Source of the DNA: Eledone cirrhosa
Taxonomy: Eukaryota
Length of the DNA stretch: 64,000 bases
Direction of reading: 5' to 3'
NCBI GenBank assembly: GCA_964016885.1
Contig: OZ024754.1
Location: 19,220,001-19,284,000 of the forward strand
The position numbers and the translations under genes are program-made. Numbering within the stretch: the stretch's first letter is position 1; each line of letters starts with the position of its first letter. Shown here in pieces: positions 58,880-64,000 of the stretch. The notes below the pieces were generated by a model. That model made no database searches and was not told the DNA's origin. It saw nothing but the letters and a program-made list of their open reading frames with translations.

Positions 58880-59920
58880 AAATAAGTATATGCTAAGTAT
58901 ATGTTTTGTTTATTCCTTTACTTATTTGCATAGGTAAGTATGTATTACCCGTATGTTTTGTGGAGGTACGTATACCTTCTCGTACGTATATTTGATTGTT
59001 TTGGCGTATAATTTTTATATATTCTGGTACATAGGGTTTGGCTATGGGTTACGGGAGTTTTGCGTCTATGTGAGTATGCAGGTTCGTACGTATGGTGGGT
59101 GTGTGTATATGTGTACTTCTTGTTTAAGTTGACTTACGTCTCCGAACACTCGTGTGATTATATGTAGGTATGTGTGTGCGCCTGTTATATGCGTATTTAT
59201 TTATTTATATACGTTTATATAATTATTTATTTATTTGTATACACGCATACACACACACACATATTTATATGTGCGTGGTTTTGTATACCTATGGTAAGGT
59301 TTTGCGTATGCTTGTGTATGTATTCATTTATTTCTATTACCTCTGTATTGTATTTATTTACTTTGTTCTTAACTCTGTAGCGGAGATTCATTTGGTCTCC
59401 TAGTTAGAATTTTAGTCTACGACTTCTGCTATACCATTTACGTGGTTTTGTCTTTGTGTGCTATGGTTCTCCACGGTCCACACATGACATATTATCTTCG
59501 TTTTTTCGTTCATTGCCAGAGAACGTCTCTATGCACCACCTAAGAGAACATTAGTCTACGACCTCTTTTATACCATAAACGTGGTTCTGTCTTTGCGCGT
59601 AATTGTTTTTCACCGCTCATATTAATGACGTATTATTCGTTTTTTCCCGTTTTTTGCCAGCGAGCGTTACCACGAACCAAAGTATCGTCTTCCTGTCTTC
59701 CTCCGGTTGCAACGTTTTTTGAAATATCAAGTTCTGCGTTTACAGATTGACTTTGTTAGTTTCAGAAGATCCCGTTAAGGGTGAAAGCAGCGATTCTTTG
59801 CTTAAACTTTAATCTGTTATTTTAATAAATATTTGCTCTACGGTTCTTATATATTTGATATATATTTATCCTTATCGAGCCCTCTTTGGATTTTAGTCTT
59901 CAAATTTATTATTATTACTA
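58880..59920 (+). mobile_element. Inverted pLTR (family of 19240-20180) with CAGAAGA-core HHR
   Basis: HHR 59758-59808 AGUUU CAGAAGA uCCC-GUUAA-GGGu GAAA GCA-GCGAUUCUU-UGC UU AAACU. Confidence 0.82.
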
Positions 59921-61435
59921 TATATATATATATATATGTATATATATGTGTATATATATGTATATATATATATTTGTGTGTGTATATGTATGTATATGTA
60001 GATAGACCAGGTTTTTTTCATTCTAAAGATTGAAGGAAACATTTTTTGCTTTTAAGAAACCACTGCTGAATGGAATAATTGCCTTGTGCTGCTTATTACT
60101 TTATTACTTTACTACTATATATATGTATATGTAAGGTTCATATGAATTATCTAAGACTGAGTCTTACACACACACACATGTATATGTGTATGTGTGTGTA
60201 TGTATATATATATATGTATGTGTGTGTGTGTGTGTGTGTTTGTATTTGGTTGTGCGTGTTTATGATATGTACGTATTTGTATGTGTATAATTGTATAGCT
60301 ATGTATGTATATGTATGTGTGTATGTATACATATATGTGTGTGTGTGTATGTTTATATTTATGTATATATATATGTGTGTGCGTATAATTACATATACAT
60401 ATGTGTGTGTATAATTGTATACGTGTGCGTGTGCGTGTTTGTGCATGTATGTGTATGTATGTGTTTATGTATTTCTATATGTATATTTATGTGTGAGAGT
60501 GTGTGTATGTATTTACTATTTCGTACGTATGTATACGTGCATTTGTGTGTATTACTTACCACGCGTGTCTGTCCAGTTAGCTGCCTTCTGTATCGCTGTC
60601 AAAAATTTTTTTTATATATATATATATAATGTATAAAAATCAATACAATATAATTACCTCATTACCAGAGGTTTTCCGAATGAGGCGAATACGAAAGAAA
60701 CGTCTTCATTCGTTCGTCAGACGAGGCAATATAAAACATGGGTAAATACTTGGAAAGTCTCATCAAGAAAAGCAAAAAAACAAAAAAGATATAGACAAAT
60801 GAATTAGAATATGAAATATATAATAATCTTTCAAGAAATATAGTTAGGTGTGTGTATATGTATGTATATACGCTCACAGATGTGCATATATGTGTATGCA
60901 CATATGTATACGTATAGTGAAAAAGTGTGCGTAAATATATAATTTAGGGCAAATGTATCTGTATGTCTGTAATCTACAGACAGAATAGATACATCATAAG
61001 AATATGAATATGAAGGCACGCGCATAAACACACCTACACACACGTACACTTACATGCGGAAGTAAAAGAGGTAAGGGAGTGTAATAATTAAAGGAAAGTA
61101 TCAATCTCGATATATTTATAAAAATGGAACAATAGTTTAGAAAGAAAAAATTAAAGAAAAGAAGACAAAAAAGGTACATACATACACACACACGTATATC
61201 TCACAAAAAAACGCAAAAATATACATGCTTATATACACACGCACCCTTACACATCCATACGTTCGATACGTACAGACAGACACACACACACACACATACT
61301 TACACTCACGCATATTGACCTGTTTGCATGCACACGCATAAAAATGAGTAAGTAAAAAAAGAGGGGAGAAGAAAAAAGGAACAAAACATAAAACCTAGAT
61401 GTAAAAACACGGATATAAAGACACATACACATACG

Positions 61436-61534
<99 letters not shown>

Positions 61535-62780
61535 GCACGCGCGCGCACATACGTAGTCGCTCATGTACATATATAGAAATTATACACACATTAAGGCGTT
61601 CAGCCACATTGATACAGGGTGTAAAGAACTTGTGGATAAGTAAGTACAAATATAAAATTGTAAGATTGGCTGCGCAAAAATAAAAAAATAAAAATAAAAA
61701 TGAAAAATATATCTGGAGTGGAAAACACAAATGACCAGTAAAATCAGTTAGTGAAGGAAATAGGGAAGTAAAAAATGGAAAGTGAAAATATTAGGTAAGT
61801 GAATCGGAGAATAAAGAGGGGGGGGGGGGGTTATTTTTATATATATTTTTTTCTTATATTTATTTGCGTGTGTGAATATGTAGAGGAGTGTATTTATGTA
61901 TGTGTATGTATGTACGTGTGTATATATGTATGATTGTGTGCATGTATGTATGTATGTATATGTATGTGTGTATGTATGGCTATGTTTGTGTATGTGTATG
62001 CTTGTACATATATATATATATATATGTATATGTGTATATATATATATATATGTATGTATATGTGTGTATGTATATGTAATTATATTTATGTTTCTATGTG
62101 TATGTATGTGTGTATATATGTGTGTGTGGTTGTATATATGTATGTGTATGTATGGATGTGTTGATATTTATGTGCGTATGTATATATGTGTTTGTGTGTA
62201 TTTATATACACATATATGTGTGTATATATGTGTGCGTGTGTGTATGTATGAGTGTATGTATATGTATATATATATGTATGTATGTGTATATATATATATG
62301 TATATATATATATATGTGTGTGTGTATGTATACTTTTGTGTTTTTGTGTGTGTGTTTGCATGTGTAGTTTTATTTTATTTTTCCTTTCCTTCTTCCCTCT
62401 CCAGCCTCACTTTCATATAGATTGCATTTTTGTTTTTAAAATCCAAATTCAATAAACAGACCAGGATTTTTTCATTCTGAGGATTGAAAGCAAAATCTTT
62501 TGCTTTTAAGAAACCACTGGTAAATGGAATAATTGCCTTATGTTGTTTATTACATAAGTATTAAGCTCTGTTACCTTCATAGAGCACTCTTTTTTCCTGG
62601 ACTTTTCCGACGGAATTACTTCATTCATACATATATATATATAAATCTACATATATACATATATATATATATAAATCTACATACATATACACACATATAC
62701 ATACATACATTTACGTATGTATATAGCTATGCATTTATACATTTTTATATATACATGCATTTATATTTAAGTGTGTAAGG

Positions 62781-62954
<174 letters not shown>

Positions 62955-62962
62955 TTATACAA

Positions 62963-62995
<33 letters not shown>

Positions 62996-63000
62996 AATTG

Positions 63001-63676
63001 AATAGAATGAAACGAAATTTCATTTCTCGCTCTTAGTACGGCACTTACTTAAATGTAAGTATATATGTATGTATACATACATATATGTATACAGACGTAC
63101 AGTAGTATGTATATATATACATACATGCACACATATATATATGCAGGTATCGGTTTACCGAACATTTATTATAATGCTCGGCTTGCTTGTTTGTAAACAA
63201 ACAAACAGCCCGAATCACGCCGTACAGTGTTTAGGCAACCACGTCACCTTTTTGTTCAACACTGACACAGGAACGATGTACTAGTTTCAAGCTTATTAGC
63301 TATCGTCAGCATCGTATACCTTCCTGCCAGATGGTTGAACGTCTGAAAGTATATACTTTCCTTATGAATATTAACGGCTGAGCAGCCTAATTTGCATATC
63401 GAGTGAGTTCAGTCGGCCGGGCACACCGAAAACGATAAATGCAATAGAATGAAACGAAATTTCATTTCTCATTCTTAGTACGGCACTTACTTAAATGTAA
63501 GTGTGTATGTATACGTACATACATATATGTATACAGACGTACAGTAGTATGTATATATATATACATACATGCACACATATATATATGCAGGTATCGGTTT
63601 ACCGAACATTTATTATAATGCTCGGTTTGTTTGTTTGTAAACAAACAAACAGCCCGAATTACGCCGTACAGTGTTT
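63001..63676 (-). mobile_element. Retrozyme-like partial tandem, 442-bp unit x about 1.5, with HHR
   Basis: Unit starts 63001 and 63443; HHR 63273-63315 ACGAUG CUGACGA uAGCU-AAUA-AGCUu GAAA CUAG UA CAUCGU; octamer 63390-63397. Confidence 0.85.
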
Positions 63677-63712
63677 TCACCAGTTATAATGCAATATGAA
63701 ATATTGGTTCTA

Positions 63713-63761
63713 CCACGGGCCACAGAAAAGTAGTTCGCGGGCCGCATGTTTGAGCCCCCTG
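63713..63761. mobile_element. Possible hAT-type MITE terminus
   Basis: CGCGGGCCGCATGTTTGAGCCCCCTG resembles hAT non-autonomous ends; a similar motif GGTTCTCAAC lies at about 50081. Confidence 0.35.
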
Positions 63762-63779
63762 TTGGAGATAGATAGATAT

Positions 63780-63821
<42 letters not shown>

Positions 63822-63881
63822 GTGTACCAAACACACACACACACACATTTCTTACTCTCTCTGTCCCTCCCTCTTTGTCTC

Positions 63882-63946
<65 letters not shown>

Positions 63947-64000
63947 GAGTGTGTGTGTGTGTGTGGCGTTGTTATTTGGCGTTGTTGAAAAGAGCAGTGG

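Noticed and set aside
60657-60726. Hammerhead-like motif on minus with good stems I and II
   Set aside because: The GAAA register is off by one or G12 is mutated; counted only as a degenerate remnant.

Overview
Gene-free, AT-rich animal DNA, probably cephalopod (Octopus-like), judging from the tRNA-derived Meta-type SINEs, RTE tails and very dense (TA)n/(CA)n microsatellites. I found no host protein-coding gene, and most ORF-track entries are translated microsatellites. The window contains: (i) one near-intact, apparently young Penelope-like element (PLE; RT plus C-terminal GIY-YIG) at 24.8-32.2 kb in partial-tandem plus inverted arrangement, whose ORF is split at an (AC)8 run; (ii) four decayed PLEs, RTE and CR1/Jockey LINE fragments, SINEs and a probable non-autonomous Helitron; (iii) roughly 45-50 minimal type-I hammerhead ribozyme (HHR) motifs, intact or degenerate, in about 20 distinct sequence families, found by eye on both strands. 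The HHRs lie in PLE pseudo-LTRs and in short non-coding tandem or fold-back elements inserted in (TA)n tracts, including a 4.6 x 466-bp retrozyme-like array with one HHR per unit. Several families carry recurrent non-canonical cores (U3-A8, U4A, U4C). All structures were read manually, no folding or search was run, and element boundaries are approximate.
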